A program made the position numbers and the translations under genes. This document shows positions 1 to 9,185 of a stretch of DNA of 51,337 nt, in pieces. How positions within the stretch are numbered: position 1 is the first letter of the stretch; every line of letters starts with the position of its first letter. Under the pieces are notes generated by a model, which saw nothing but the letters and a program-made list of their open reading frames with translations, did not search any database and was not told the DNA's origin. The DNA is taken from positions 1 through 51,337 of the forward strand of contig JASFYY010000036.1 in assembly GCA_045046875.1 (NCBI GenBank), in the 5' to 3' direction. This DNA comes from Verrucomicrobiota bacterium (GTDB lineage Bacteria; Verrucomicrobiota; Verrucomicrobiia; Verrucomicrobiales; DEV007).

Positions 1-198
1 CGCCCGGCTACTGCTCTGGTTGATCTGCAAATGACCACCCGCTCCCAGACCGATCTCCGCTGCTCCTCCTGTGACCACCCCTCCAGTCGGATTCGCCTGC
101 AAATTCGAAGGTAAAAAGACCAAACTTGGAAACAGGGATAACAGCACCAGTGACTGCAAACTTTTATTTTGGCGGAGGGATTGGATGAATTTCTTCAT
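1..198 (-). CDS. Filamentous haemagglutinin-family TpsA exoprotein, N-terminus only (runs off the window edge)
   Basis: Not in ORF track. Manual translation from ATG at 198: MKKFIQSLRQNKSLQSLVLLSLFPSLVFLPSNLQA-NPTGGVVTGGAAEIGLGAGGHLQINQSSSRA. This is a Sec signal peptide followed by the typical start of a TPS/haemagglutination domain (NPxGG.V..G.A...L.I.Q.S.RA); it lies directly downstream of a TpsB gene on the same strand. Confidence 0.85.
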   Translation of the reverse strand, partial: MKKFIQSLRQNKSLQSLVLLSLFPSLVFLPSNLQANPTGGVVTGGAAEIGLGAGGHLQINQSSSRA

Positions 199-433
199 AA
201 AAATCAGCTTATTAAAGAGGGGAAATCAGAAACAGAGTTTTAATATCAAAATTACCCTCCTGCCTAAAAAACATCGGCGCCGCGGACTTAAGCAATCGAT
301 ATTCTACGCTTGGGAGAATTTTTAAAAAAAAGATGGGTCAATTCCATGAAAACTAAATGAGAAATCTACTCACACTTGCTCTCAATTTTTCATCTGTGAC
401 AAAATATCTATTAAATCAAACACCCCTTGGTGC

Positions 434-2863
434 TTAGAAATTTGCCCGACCGCCAAAATGGAAGCGTCCATTCTCACCATCATCGAAATTATTTTCAATC
501 ACTTGATAACCGTAATCCAGACGCAAACTGAAATTATCATCCAGCTGATAACGAAGTCCGAGTCCCACACTGCCCAGACCAAATGACCCCGGAGCGCCTT
601 CCGGGCTCTCCGAAGAAGCCACATAACCATAATCAAAAAAGGTCAAGAACTGCATGCCATCCTGGGCATTATGGAAACCCAGCAAATTCGCCGGACTCAG
701 CGAAGGCGTGCGCAGTTCCAGATTGGCCACCACCCCTTGGTCGCCACGCACAATACGCTGCTCCCAACCTCGCACGGTATCAAACCCACCTGCTCCCAGA
801 GTTTCACTAGCCAACAGATTGGTGCTTGAGTATTGCCCTTCCACACGAGTGATCAAACCCCAGTTTTTAGGTAGATAAAAATTCCGCTCAATCGCAGAAC
901 GGCCATAGACATAATTAGCGTCAGCCCCTCCTCGTTGAGAACGAAAAACCTCCGTTTCATTATCACTGGAAAGCCCGCCCGGACTCCAGATCACTTCATT
1001 GTCAACTTTCGTCGATCCCCACCGGTCACTCTGGATGATGTTGTATCCCAAACCAAACTGCAGGATCTCAGTAGTGGTATCAAAAACTTCCAACCCACCA
1101 AATGCCAGGCTGCTATTCGAGGATTTATAATCAAATCCCAACTCCAACTCATGAACCCAACGTCCCGAGCTTTTCAAAGGAATCGTATAACGTATGCTTT
1201 CCTGCTGATCCCTACCTCCAATATTCACCACTTCTCCTGCAGCCGTAGTATCGACACCCTGATTCACCCACGCACCCAACAAGGTCAAGTGATGCCTCCA
1301 AGGCAAGTAAGAGGTCCACACCACCGAGTGTCCCTGAATCTTTTTAAAGTCAAAATCACTCGAATATTGGTAGCTCAAAGTATTTTCCAGATCAAAGAAC
1401 AAGGGCCCCGCCCAGTTAAAACCAGCCAGAAAACGATCTTCACCCAAAAAACTGTTACCCGAGTTCTCCACCCCCGCATAAAATGACAACGGTTTGACAT
1501 CGTTGGTGCGTAAAATGAGATCAGTCGTGCCGTAATCAAAACCAGGGCTGTAAATCATATCCACCTGTCGGAAAGGGTTTTTATTGATCCACTGCAAATC
1601 AGCCAACAAGGTACTCTCTTTAAGAACCTGCCCCTGCTTCAACCTGATCTGATCCTTGATGAATTCAGGATCACTGTATTTAGCCCCCTCCACGATCACT
1701 TTACCCACCCGGCCTTCGATCACTACCAATTGCAACACCCCGTCATTGATCTCCTGCTCAGGCACCAGCACATCGACCACCGGCATATCACTTGCCCGGA
1801 AAGCCACCACCGCAGCACGCACCATTTGATCCAATACCGACAGAGAAAGAGGTTTCCCTAAATACTCAGCAAAACTGTTCTGCACCTTCTCCGGCAATGT
1901 CACCCCTTCGGTCAAAACTCCACTCACACCAGAGCGGCCTTTTTTCACCACATCGAGTGTTCTAGGAACCACCACCACTCCTCTCAAATTTGCTAATAAC
2001 TGTGTCTCATCCGAAACGCCTGGCACCGCCGTGCCCGAACCATCAGGCCCCGTCACTTCACCACCAGCCTGAGCTCCTCCTACCGGTACCGACTGCATCG
2101 CCGGCTTGCGTCTAGTTGGATTGTTAAACGGATTCTCCCATGACCACTTGGATCCGGAAGCTTCCTCCCCCTGTATATCGCCCGCCCGCTTCAACCAGCG
2201 ACTGCCTCCACTTTCCGGCACACTTCCTTTAGCCACCACTTGTTGATTCTGGATGTGCCTCGAGTTGCGGTTAAAAGCCTGTAAATTTCTGCCCGAAGGT
2301 GTTGTCGGCTGAATCGCCGGACCATCATACTCATAATAAACCGGTGCAGGCAATGGAGCCGGAGCGGGTGTTGTCACCGCCTGCCGGTTAGCTCCCTGGC
2401 TACTTTGGCCTTGGAATACATGCTCCAATTGCGGTTCTTGGATCTGATGACTTGTTTGATTGCGCTTTGCTTTCCTTTTTGCCAACCAACCCTTTGGTTC
2501 TTCTTCAAATGCACTCGGTATCGGTGGCAACACCGCCAAATTGCTAGAACTCGTCACAGGGACATCATTTGCACTTTCCCGACTGGTTTGTACTCGATTA
2601 CTCTTAGGACGTTTCAGCCAGTTTTTCTTTTTCTTCTTCTGACCATAAACTTGCATCGACCGACCCGATAAAGATGTTGGAGTGGCATAACTTGCAGCCG
2701 GACTTGAAGCAGCCGGAGCCGACGCACCTGCTGGCGATACATTCCCTGCTCCCTCTTGAGCCTGAATGAGAGATCCGCTTAACAACAAAACTAATCCCAG
2801 GCAAAACGCTATTTGCCAAGTATGATGTATCATCCTCATATCTATTGTTTTTTGATGCTTCAT
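434..2863 (-). CDS. ShlB/FhaC/HecB-family two-partner secretion outer-membrane transporter (TpsB) with long low-complexity N-terminal extension
   Basis: POTRA-like region (VLVPEQEINDGVLQLVVIEGRVGKV), loop-6 motif GGFDTVRGW, beta-barrel ending in C-terminal Phe. Start moved from 3010 to ATG 2863 (MKHQK...), which precedes a signal peptide ending LIQA. Confidence 0.9.
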   Translation of the reverse strand: MKHQKTIDMRMIHHTWQIAFCLGLVLLLSGSLIQAQEGAGNVSPAGASAPAASSPAASYATPTSLSGRSMQVYGQKKKKKNWLKRPKSNRVQTSRESANDVPVTSSSNLAVLPPIPSAFEEEPKGWLAKRKAKRNQTSHQIQEPQLEHVFQGQSSQGANRQAVTTPAPAPLPAPVYYEYDGPAIQPTTPSGRNLQAFNRNSRHIQNQQVVAKGSVPESGGSRWLKRAGDIQGEEASGSKWSWENPFNNPTRRKPAMQSVPVGGAQAGGEVTGPDGSGTAVPGVSDETQLLANLRGVVVVPRTLDVVKKGRSGVSGVLTEGVTLPEKVQNSFAEYLGKPLSLSVLDQMVRAAVVAFRASDMPVVDVLVPEQEINDGVLQLVVIEGRVGKVIVEGAKYSDPEFIKDQIRLKQGQVLKESTLLADLQWINKNPFRQVDMIYSPGFDYGTTDLILRTNDVKPLSFYAGVENSGNSFLGEDRFLAGFNWAGPLFFDLENTLSYQYSSDFDFKKIQGHSVVWTSYLPWRHHLTLLGAWVNQGVDTTAAGEVVNIGGRDQQESIRYTIPLKSSGRWVHELELGFDYKSSNSSLAFGGLEVFDTTTEILQFGLGYNIIQSDRWGSTKVDNEVIWSPGGLSSDNETEVFRSQRGGADANYVYGRSAIERNFYLPKNWGLITRVEGQYSSTNLLASETLGAGGFDTVRGWEQRIVRGDQGVVANLELRTPSLSPANLLGFHNAQDGMQFLTFFDYGYVASSESPEGAPGSFGLGSVGLGLRYQLDDNFSLRLDYGYQVIENNFDDGENGRFHFGGRANF

Positions 2864-3207
2864 TATAAAAATAATAACGCCACCTACAGCACCTCTTGTA
2901 TAAATAGGAGCCGCCAAAGTGGATTTCAGAGTGAATCCTGAACGATTTAGGCCTAAACAGCAAGGGGAATCGAGAATATTTTCACCAAAAAAGCACACAA
3001 ATTTCAGCATTTTTCATTGTTTAATCACCATTCAGCAGAAAACTCCCGACTTCAATCCCCATAACACCCACTGCTCAATCAAATTACAAAGCTTTCCATT
3101 CTTTCCAATACCAGAGACAAAAAAGCAAAAAGAAGTAGTTTTACCCTTGTCCAGTTGACGCCATAGTCACCCAATATACCTGTCTGCCGCCCTGCCCCAC
3201 CACCACA

Positions 3208-4353
3208 ATGACCACCGCCCAAAGTTCCAACCCAGTAAAAGCCCGCTATATCATGATCGGCGGGTTTCTTGGAGCTGGAAAAACCACTTCAATCCAAAAG
3301 TTCGCTCAACACCTCGACAAACAAGGTCTCAGAGTCGGGCTCATCACCAATGACCAGGGCGCCGGACTAGTCGATTCCGCGCTCGGGCGTTCCAATCGTT
3401 TTCCCGTCGAAGAGATTTCCGGCGGCTGTTTTTGTTGCCGTTTTAATTCCCTCATCGACGCTGCCCGCCATCTCAGCGAAGAAAATCGACCCGATGTTTT
3501 CCTCGCCGAACCAGTAGGCTCCTGCACCGACCTGGTGGCCACCGTCAGCCTACCGCTGGAAAAAATCTACGGTGAAGAATTTGTCGTCGCCCCCCTCTCC
3601 GTGCTCGTCGACCCGACACGCGCACGACGGGTTTTTGGTCTCGAAGATTCAAAACGAAAGTTATCTGATAATGTTCGTTACATCTACCGCAAGCAGCTTG
3701 AAGAAGCTGAAATCATCGTGATCAATAAAATCGATACCCTTGCCGACGACGAACTCGCCTCTTTGCGGGAATTCTTTTCCAAGCAATTCCCCGACGCACA
3801 AATTCATGAAATTTCTGCACGAGCAGATCTGGGACTCGAGCCTTGGTTCCAAACTACTCTCGACTCCCAAATGAACGTCTCCCGCTTCCTTGAAATCGAC
3901 TATCAACGTTATGGTGAAGGAGAAGCCCTATTGGGATGGCTCAATAGCACCATAGAAATCGAAAGCCCTAATGACGACGCTGAATTTGACGGCAACCAGA
4001 TTCTCGATGAGCTCGCCCGGAATCTACGCAGCGCCCTGGCCGAGCAAAATGTCGAAATCGCCCATCTCAAGATGACCCTAACTCCGATCAACGACCCGAT
4101 GGAAATCGCCGCCATCAACCTGGTTCGATCCGACGCCCAACCCGAGCTCTCCCACCGCCTCATCGACCCGCTGGAAGACGGCGAAATCCTGCTCAACATC
4201 CGCGCCGAAGCGTCTCCAGAAACCCTCGACCAAGCCGTCGCTCAAACAATCGAATCCATTCTCCACTCAAAACATCAACTCAAATCCCGCATCACCCACA
4301 GCGAACACTTCCGCCCCGGCATGCCCAAACCGACGCACCGGATCACTTCGTAA
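3208..4353 (+). CDS. CobW/COG0523-family (G3E) P-loop GTPase metallochaperone
   Basis: GGFLGAGKTT Walker A, GCFCC (CxCC) metal motif, EPVG Walker B, NKID guanine motif. Confidence 0.9.
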   Translation: MTTAQSSNPVKARYIMIGGFLGAGKTTSIQKFAQHLDKQGLRVGLITNDQGAGLVDSALGRSNRFPVEEISGGCFCCRFNSLIDAARHLSEENRPDVFLAEPVGSCTDLVATVSLPLEKIYGEEFVVAPLSVLVDPTRARRVFGLEDSKRKLSDNVRYIYRKQLEEAEIIVINKIDTLADDELASLREFFSKQFPDAQIHEISARADLGLEPWFQTTLDSQMNVSRFLEIDYQRYGEGEALLGWLNSTIEIESPNDDAEFDGNQILDELARNLRSALAEQNVEIAHLKMTLTPINDPMEIAAINLVRSDAQPELSHRLIDPLEDGEILLNIRAEASPETLDQAVAQTIESILHSKHQLKSRITHSEHFRPGMPKPTHRITS

Positions 4354-4386
4354 GCATCTATATTAATCTTAAATTTCAAATCATTC

Positions 4387-5619
4387 ATGCTCATCCCTTC
4401 CATCCAATTCGCGGCTCGCACTTTAGCTACTGCTGACAAACGCCACCTCGCCAAGTTCATGTGGAACTTCGGCTTCAAAGGCGTGCGTTCGGTGCAGTTA
4501 TTCAAAAAACGCATGAAACAAGGCGAGTATTTCCCGCCCTTTCTTTATCTCTCCATCCTCAACTCCTGCAACCTGCGCTGCCAAGGCTGTTGGGTCGATG
4601 TCGACAAACCGCAAGTCAAAATCGACTTCGATCGGCTCAACCAAGTGGTCAACGACGCCCGCGAACATGGCAATTCTTTCTTCGGCATCCTCGGCGGCGA
4701 ACCTTTCATGCACACCGAGCTGCTGGACTTCCTCGCCCAACACCCCGATTGTTTTTTCCAAGTCTTCACCAATGGACAACTGATCACCGACAAAGTCGCC
4801 AAACGCCTGCGTCAGATCGGCAACGCCACACCGCTCGTTTCAATCGAAGGCAACGAAGTGATCTCCAACGAACGTCGCGGAGGCAAGGACGTTTATAAAC
4901 GCACCCTGCGCGGTCTCGACAACTGCCTCAACAACGGCTTGCTCACCGGCGTCGCCACATCCCTCTGCCAAACCAACATCGACGAACTGCTCACCGAAGA
5001 CTGGCTGCGCTCGCTAGCCAAACGCGGTGTACATTACGCCTGGTACCACACCTACCGCCCGGTAGGCCCCCAAATCCACGAAGAACTCGCCCTCACCCCC
5101 GAACAAGCACGGCGGGTGCGCCAGTTTGTCGTCGATATGCGGGTCAAACTACCGATCGCCATCATTGATGCCTATTACGACGGTCAGGGAAAAGCACTTT
5201 GCCCGATGGCCACCGGCATCTCCCACCACATCGGCCCCAGTGGCAGCATCGAACCCTGCCCGATCATCCAATTCGCCGCCGAGAACATTCACGACAGCGA
5301 TTCGATCTACGAGCAAATGACAAAATCCGAGTTTCTCAAGGATTTCCGCAAAGTCGCCGCCCAACACACCCGGGGATGTGTGGTGCTCGAGCGGCCGGAT
5401 CTGGTGCAACAAATAGCCAAAAAACACGGTGCCAAAGACAGCACCATCCGCCAGACAGCTATGGCAGAACTCGAAAGCATGACTCCGCGTGGCAGCCAAT
5501 TCCTACCCACCGGCGAAGAAATCCCCGAAAAACACCCCGCTTACTGGTTGGCGAAAAAAATCTTATTCAATGACTTTGGTGTTTACGAAAATCTGGATAA
5601 AGGTAAAACAAGTGAGTGA
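4387..5619 (+). CDS. Radical SAM protein with SPASM/twitch-like C-terminal domain
   Basis: CNLRCQGC (CxxxCxxC), GGEPF, FTNG, VSIEG, then CP...GSIEPCP and GCVV. Confidence 0.92.
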   Translation: MLIPSIQFAARTLATADKRHLAKFMWNFGFKGVRSVQLFKKRMKQGEYFPPFLYLSILNSCNLRCQGCWVDVDKPQVKIDFDRLNQVVNDAREHGNSFFGILGGEPFMHTELLDFLAQHPDCFFQVFTNGQLITDKVAKRLRQIGNATPLVSIEGNEVISNERRGGKDVYKRTLRGLDNCLNNGLLTGVATSLCQTNIDELLTEDWLRSLAKRGVHYAWYHTYRPVGPQIHEELALTPEQARRVRQFVVDMRVKLPIAIIDAYYDGQGKALCPMATGISHHIGPSGSIEPCPIIQFAAENIHDSDSIYEQMTKSEFLKDFRKVAAQHTRGCVVLERPDLVQQIAKKHGAKDSTIRQTAMAELESMTPRGSQFLPTGEEIPEKHPAYWLAKKILFNDFGVYENLDKGKTSE

Positions 5620-5968
5620 TCCCGAACATAAAATTCTCTACTGCCGCTGCGCCTACGCCAAAGTCGTTCCCGACGAGGTGAAAAACGAGGTGCTGGAAAA
5701 ACTGTGTGCCTCCGGCCAGCCCTTCGAATGTGTTGCCGATCTCTGCGAAATGTCAGCCCGCAAAGACCCACAACTGCAATCCCTGATCAAAAACGGACAA
5801 CCTGTCAAAATCGTCGCCTGTTACCACCGTGCGGTGAAGTGGCTGTTCCACTCCGCCGGCCACCCCTTCCCCGAAGAGGACAACTCCACCATCAAAGTGC
5901 TCAACATGCGTGAGCAAAGCGCCGGGGAAATCCTAGCAGCCCTGCTGCCGGAAGATGAGTCAACATAG
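5612..5968 (+). CDS. Small Cys-rich putative Fe-S protein resembling the HdrA N-terminal domain
   Basis: GTG start at 5612 overlapping the radical SAM stop; motifs YCRCAY, DLCE, IVACYHR, NMRE. Confidence 0.75.
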   Translation: MSDPEHKILYCRCAYAKVVPDEVKNEVLEKLCASGQPFECVADLCEMSARKDPQLQSLIKNGQPVKIVACYHRAVKWLFHSAGHPFPEEDNSTIKVLNMREQSAGEILAALLPEDEST

Positions 5969-6030
5969 CGGGTCGCTGCAAAGTAGAGAAAACTTTTCAT
6001 TTTGAGTTTTTTCACTTATGGTGCGTCACC

Positions 6031-9000
6031 ATGCCTCAATCCCCCCTTCGTTCCTTTCTTTTATTACTCTCTATCGGTCTTTCACTAAGCCTGCCCCCCT
6101 CAGCATTCACCAAGGACTGGCCAACTTATCACGCCGACGCCTCACGCAGCGCTTATACCACCGAATCCGTCCCCAATCAGCTCAGCCTGCGCTGGATCTT
6201 CCAATCCCCCACCCCACCACAACCCGCCTGGCCGACTTCCGCCCGGGTTGAATTTGATTTAGTGTTCCAACCAATCATTGCCGGCAGCACCGTGCTTTTT
6301 GGCAGTTCGACCGACAACAAGGTTTACGCTTTTGATGCCGTCAGCGGCAAAGCCAAGTGGGAATTTTTCACCAATGCCCCCGTCCGTCTAGCACCCACCG
6401 CTTGGCAAGACCGGGTTTTTGTAACCAGCGATGACGGCTGGCTTTACGCCCTCGCCCTCGCCGACGGCAAGCTTTTATGGAAACACCGCGGCGGCCCTTC
6501 TGATGCCACCGTGATCGGCAACGAACGCATCACCTCCAAATGGCCGGCTCGCGGCGGCAGCGTGGTTTTGGACAACATCGTCTATTTTGCCGCCGGAGTA
6601 TGGCCCAGTGACGGGGTTTATCTGCACGCTCTTGATGCCGCCACCGGCAAACCGGTCTGGAGCAATGACAAAACCGGACAACTTGAAATGGCTCAGCCCC
6701 ATGGCGGCGCCAATGCCGAAAGCGGGGTCTCTTCACAGGGTTATTTATTAGCCGATGACCAACGCATCATCGTACCTGCCGGGCGTTCGGTGCCTGCAGT
6801 GTTTAATCGCAAGGACGGGTCACTGTTATACTATCAGTTAGCAAAAAACCAACACCGCGGCGGCACCCTCACCATGATCACCGACCAGGTTTTCAGTAAT
6901 GGCGGCTGCTTTTTTGATCTGAAAACCGGTGACCTCAAAACACCTTTCAGCATGGGCCCCAGCGCCGGCATCCCTGGCGGCCTGGTTCGCTCAAACGGAC
7001 GATCCCTGACCGCCTACAAATGGGAAGACAGTCAAAAAGTAGATCGCAAGGGCAAAACGGAAAAGGTCCGGCAACTAGTGGAAAAACGTCTGACCCGACT
7101 CAACTCGGATGTGATTGAGTTCATCATCGCCGGCGGCGACGCCATCCTCGGCGGAGACGGCGAGGTCAGTGCGGTGGATTACTCTGCCATGCGCAACGCC
7201 TGGTGGACGCACAAAGTCAAAGGCAAGGTGCGCGGCATCGCAGCGGGCAACGGCTATCTGGTGATCAGCACCGACCAAGGTTATGTTTATGGTTTTGACG
7301 GCGAAGCAGCTCCGGCCAATGGCCCGCTGATCACCATTCCGGGCAGCCAACAAAAACCGCAAGCCGCACCAGCCAACATCGTCGCCGCAGCCAAAGAGAT
7401 CCTAAAAAAATCGGCTATCACAGCAGGTTTTTGTGTCGACCTCGATGCGGGCAACGGCGATCTGGCCATCGAACTCGCTCGTCGCAGCAAGCTGACCATC
7501 TACGCGGTGCAAGCCGATGCCAAACTGGCTGCGGAAGCACGCCGCAAGATCGAAGCCGCTGGATTTTACGGCACCCGCATCACGCTACACCAAATCGATC
7601 CAACCCACACTTCTTACCCACCCGACTTTGCCAACCTCGTTATTTCGTCCACCCAACTTGGTGGCAATGCAGCATCGGCCGAACTCAGTCTGGAAATGAA
7701 ACGCCTGCAACGCCCCTACGGAGGCACCATCGTCACTGGAGCCACAGGCCAGATGAGCACCGATGTGCGTGGCGAATTGGTCGGCGCCGGATCCTGGACC
7801 CACTACAACTCGAACCCCGCCAATACCCTCTGCTCCGATGACCGTCTGGTGAAAGGTCCACTCTCGATGCATTGGTTCCGCGATGTCGACTTTGAAATCC
7901 CCAACCGCCACGGCAACGGCCCGGCGCCACTTTCCCACAAAGGGTATCTGGTAGTCGGCGGCGTGGACGGCATCGCCTGCCTCGATGCTTACAACGGCCG
8001 CACCGTGTGGATTTTTTCGCTCAAGGATCATCTCCGGGACTATGACGGCATCCATCACGATGTCGGCACCGCCGAAACCGGCAGCCCTTTTTGCATCGGA
8101 GACAATCAGGTTTTTGTGAAACAAGGCGACTTCTGCCTGAGCCTGGATCTGGCCACCGGCAAACAACTGCACCGCTTCAAAACACCCGTCACCAAGGACG
8201 CTAAAAACCGCAATTGGGGCTACCTAGCTTATCATAAAGGAAAACTATTTGGATCAGTTTCCAACCAGGCACACAACGTCAGCCCACGTTACAAATTGAC
8301 CAATCTGCGCACCGAATCCGTCATGCTCTTTGCTATGGATGCCATGGCCGGCACCCTGTTCTGGCAACGCCCGGCCAAACACTCAATCCGCAACAATACC
8401 ATCACCATCGCTGGTGAAAAACTCTATTACATCGATCGCCCCATCGTCACTGCCGACCGGATTGACAAACCCACGCGCAATGGCCGCCCCCGCAAAAAGC
8501 TGCCTGCAACGGACATCCCCAGCGGCACCTTGTATGCCATCAATAGCAGCACCGGCAAAGACGTCTGGACCAGTCAGGATAAAATCTGGGGAACCCAACT
8601 TTCCGTCAGTGCCCCGCACAACGTGCTATTGATGAACTACTCTGCAGTGCGTCACGGTTTTTTTGCCCTGCCCTCCGAAACCGGCGGACGGCTCGCCGCC
8701 TTTGATAGCAACAGTGGCAAACGCCTGTGGGACATCGCAGCCAAATACCGCTCGCGCCCGATCATCAATGACAGCATCATCTATGCCCAGGACGGAACCT
8801 GGGACCTAAAAACCGGCAAAGCCCTGCCCTTCAAGCTCGACCGTTCCTACGGTTGCGGACAAATCGCCAGCGGCAGTAACATGATGCTGTTCCGCTCCGC
8901 CACCCTGGGTTATGTCGATATCAGCAGCAGCGAACCCAAAACCAAAAACTTCGGCGGTATCCGCCTCGGTTGTTACCTCAACGCCATCCCCGCGGCTGGC

Positions 9001-9081
9001 CTTGTATTAGTCCCGGACGGCTCTTCCAAATGCCAATGTTCATACCAAATGCGCGCTTGGTTCGCCCTAAGGCCCCAGTAA
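6031..9081 (+). CDS. Exported PQQ-binding-like beta-propeller repeat protein with internal SAM-methyltransferase-like domain
   Basis: Signal peptide then DWPTY; repeated A(L/F)DxxTGKxxW blades; central CVDLDAGNGDLA Rossmann motif; C-terminal RSYGCG / RLGC / CQC cysteine motifs. Confidence 0.85.
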   Translation: MPQSPLRSFLLLLSIGLSLSLPPSAFTKDWPTYHADASRSAYTTESVPNQLSLRWIFQSPTPPQPAWPTSARVEFDLVFQPIIAGSTVLFGSSTDNKVYAFDAVSGKAKWEFFTNAPVRLAPTAWQDRVFVTSDDGWLYALALADGKLLWKHRGGPSDATVIGNERITSKWPARGGSVVLDNIVYFAAGVWPSDGVYLHALDAATGKPVWSNDKTGQLEMAQPHGGANAESGVSSQGYLLADDQRIIVPAGRSVPAVFNRKDGSLLYYQLAKNQHRGGTLTMITDQVFSNGGCFFDLKTGDLKTPFSMGPSAGIPGGLVRSNGRSLTAYKWEDSQKVDRKGKTEKVRQLVEKRLTRLNSDVIEFIIAGGDAILGGDGEVSAVDYSAMRNAWWTHKVKGKVRGIAAGNGYLVISTDQGYVYGFDGEAAPANGPLITIPGSQQKPQAAPANIVAAAKEILKKSAITAGFCVDLDAGNGDLAIELARRSKLTIYAVQADAKLAAEARRKIEAAGFYGTRITLHQIDPTHTSYPPDFANLVISSTQLGGNAASAELSLEMKRLQRPYGGTIVTGATGQMSTDVRGELVGAGSWTHYNSNPANTLCSDDRLVKGPLSMHWFRDVDFEIPNRHGNGPAPLSHKGYLVVGGVDGIACLDAYNGRTVWIFSLKDHLRDYDGIHHDVGTAETGSPFCIGDNQVFVKQGDFCLSLDLATGKQLHRFKTPVTKDAKNRNWGYLAYHKGKLFGSVSNQAHNVSPRYKLTNLRTESVMLFAMDAMAGTLFWQRPAKHSIRNNTITIAGEKLYYIDRPIVTADRIDKPTRNGRPRKKLPATDIPSGTLYAINSSTGKDVWTSQDKIWGTQLSVSAPHNVLLMNYSAVRHGFFALPSETGGRLAAFDSNSGKRLWDIAAKYRSRPIINDSIIYAQDGTWDLKTGKALPFKLDRSYGCGQIASGSNMMLFRSATLGYVDISSSEPKTKNFGGIRLGCYLNAIPAAGLVLVPDGSSKCQCSYQMRAWFALRPQ

Positions 9082-9140
9082 ATCAGAAACCCATAATCCC
9101 CTAATTCAACATATCCCTCTCTTACTCTTATTATCCCCTC

Positions 9141-9163
9141 TTATTCACGTCTATTAGCGGTTC
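9141..9163. repeat. Intergenic ~10-nt-period repeat (ATTCGTG..GGTT family)
   Basis: ttattcacgtctattagcggttc, similar to copies at 18658, 24423, 41641, 43017, 46148 and 51284. Confidence 0.55.
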
Positions 9164-9185
9164 TCCCCCCCTAACTCCATCAATC

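Noticed and set aside
71..325. 84-aa plus-strand ORF
   Set aside because: Antisense to the clearly recognisable TpsA N-terminus
2864..4386. Short RiPP precursor peptide for the SPASM radical SAM
   Set aside because: No convincing small ORF in the flanking intergenic DNA and no RRE/PqqD gene
5617..5619. Selenocysteine readthrough of the radical SAM TGA
   Set aside because: Domain is complete and the TGA simply overlaps the start region of the next gene
6031..9081. BamB or classical PQQ dehydrogenase assignment
   Set aside because: Far too long, multi-domain, no lipobox and no adjacent CC motif; only the generic propeller repeat is shared
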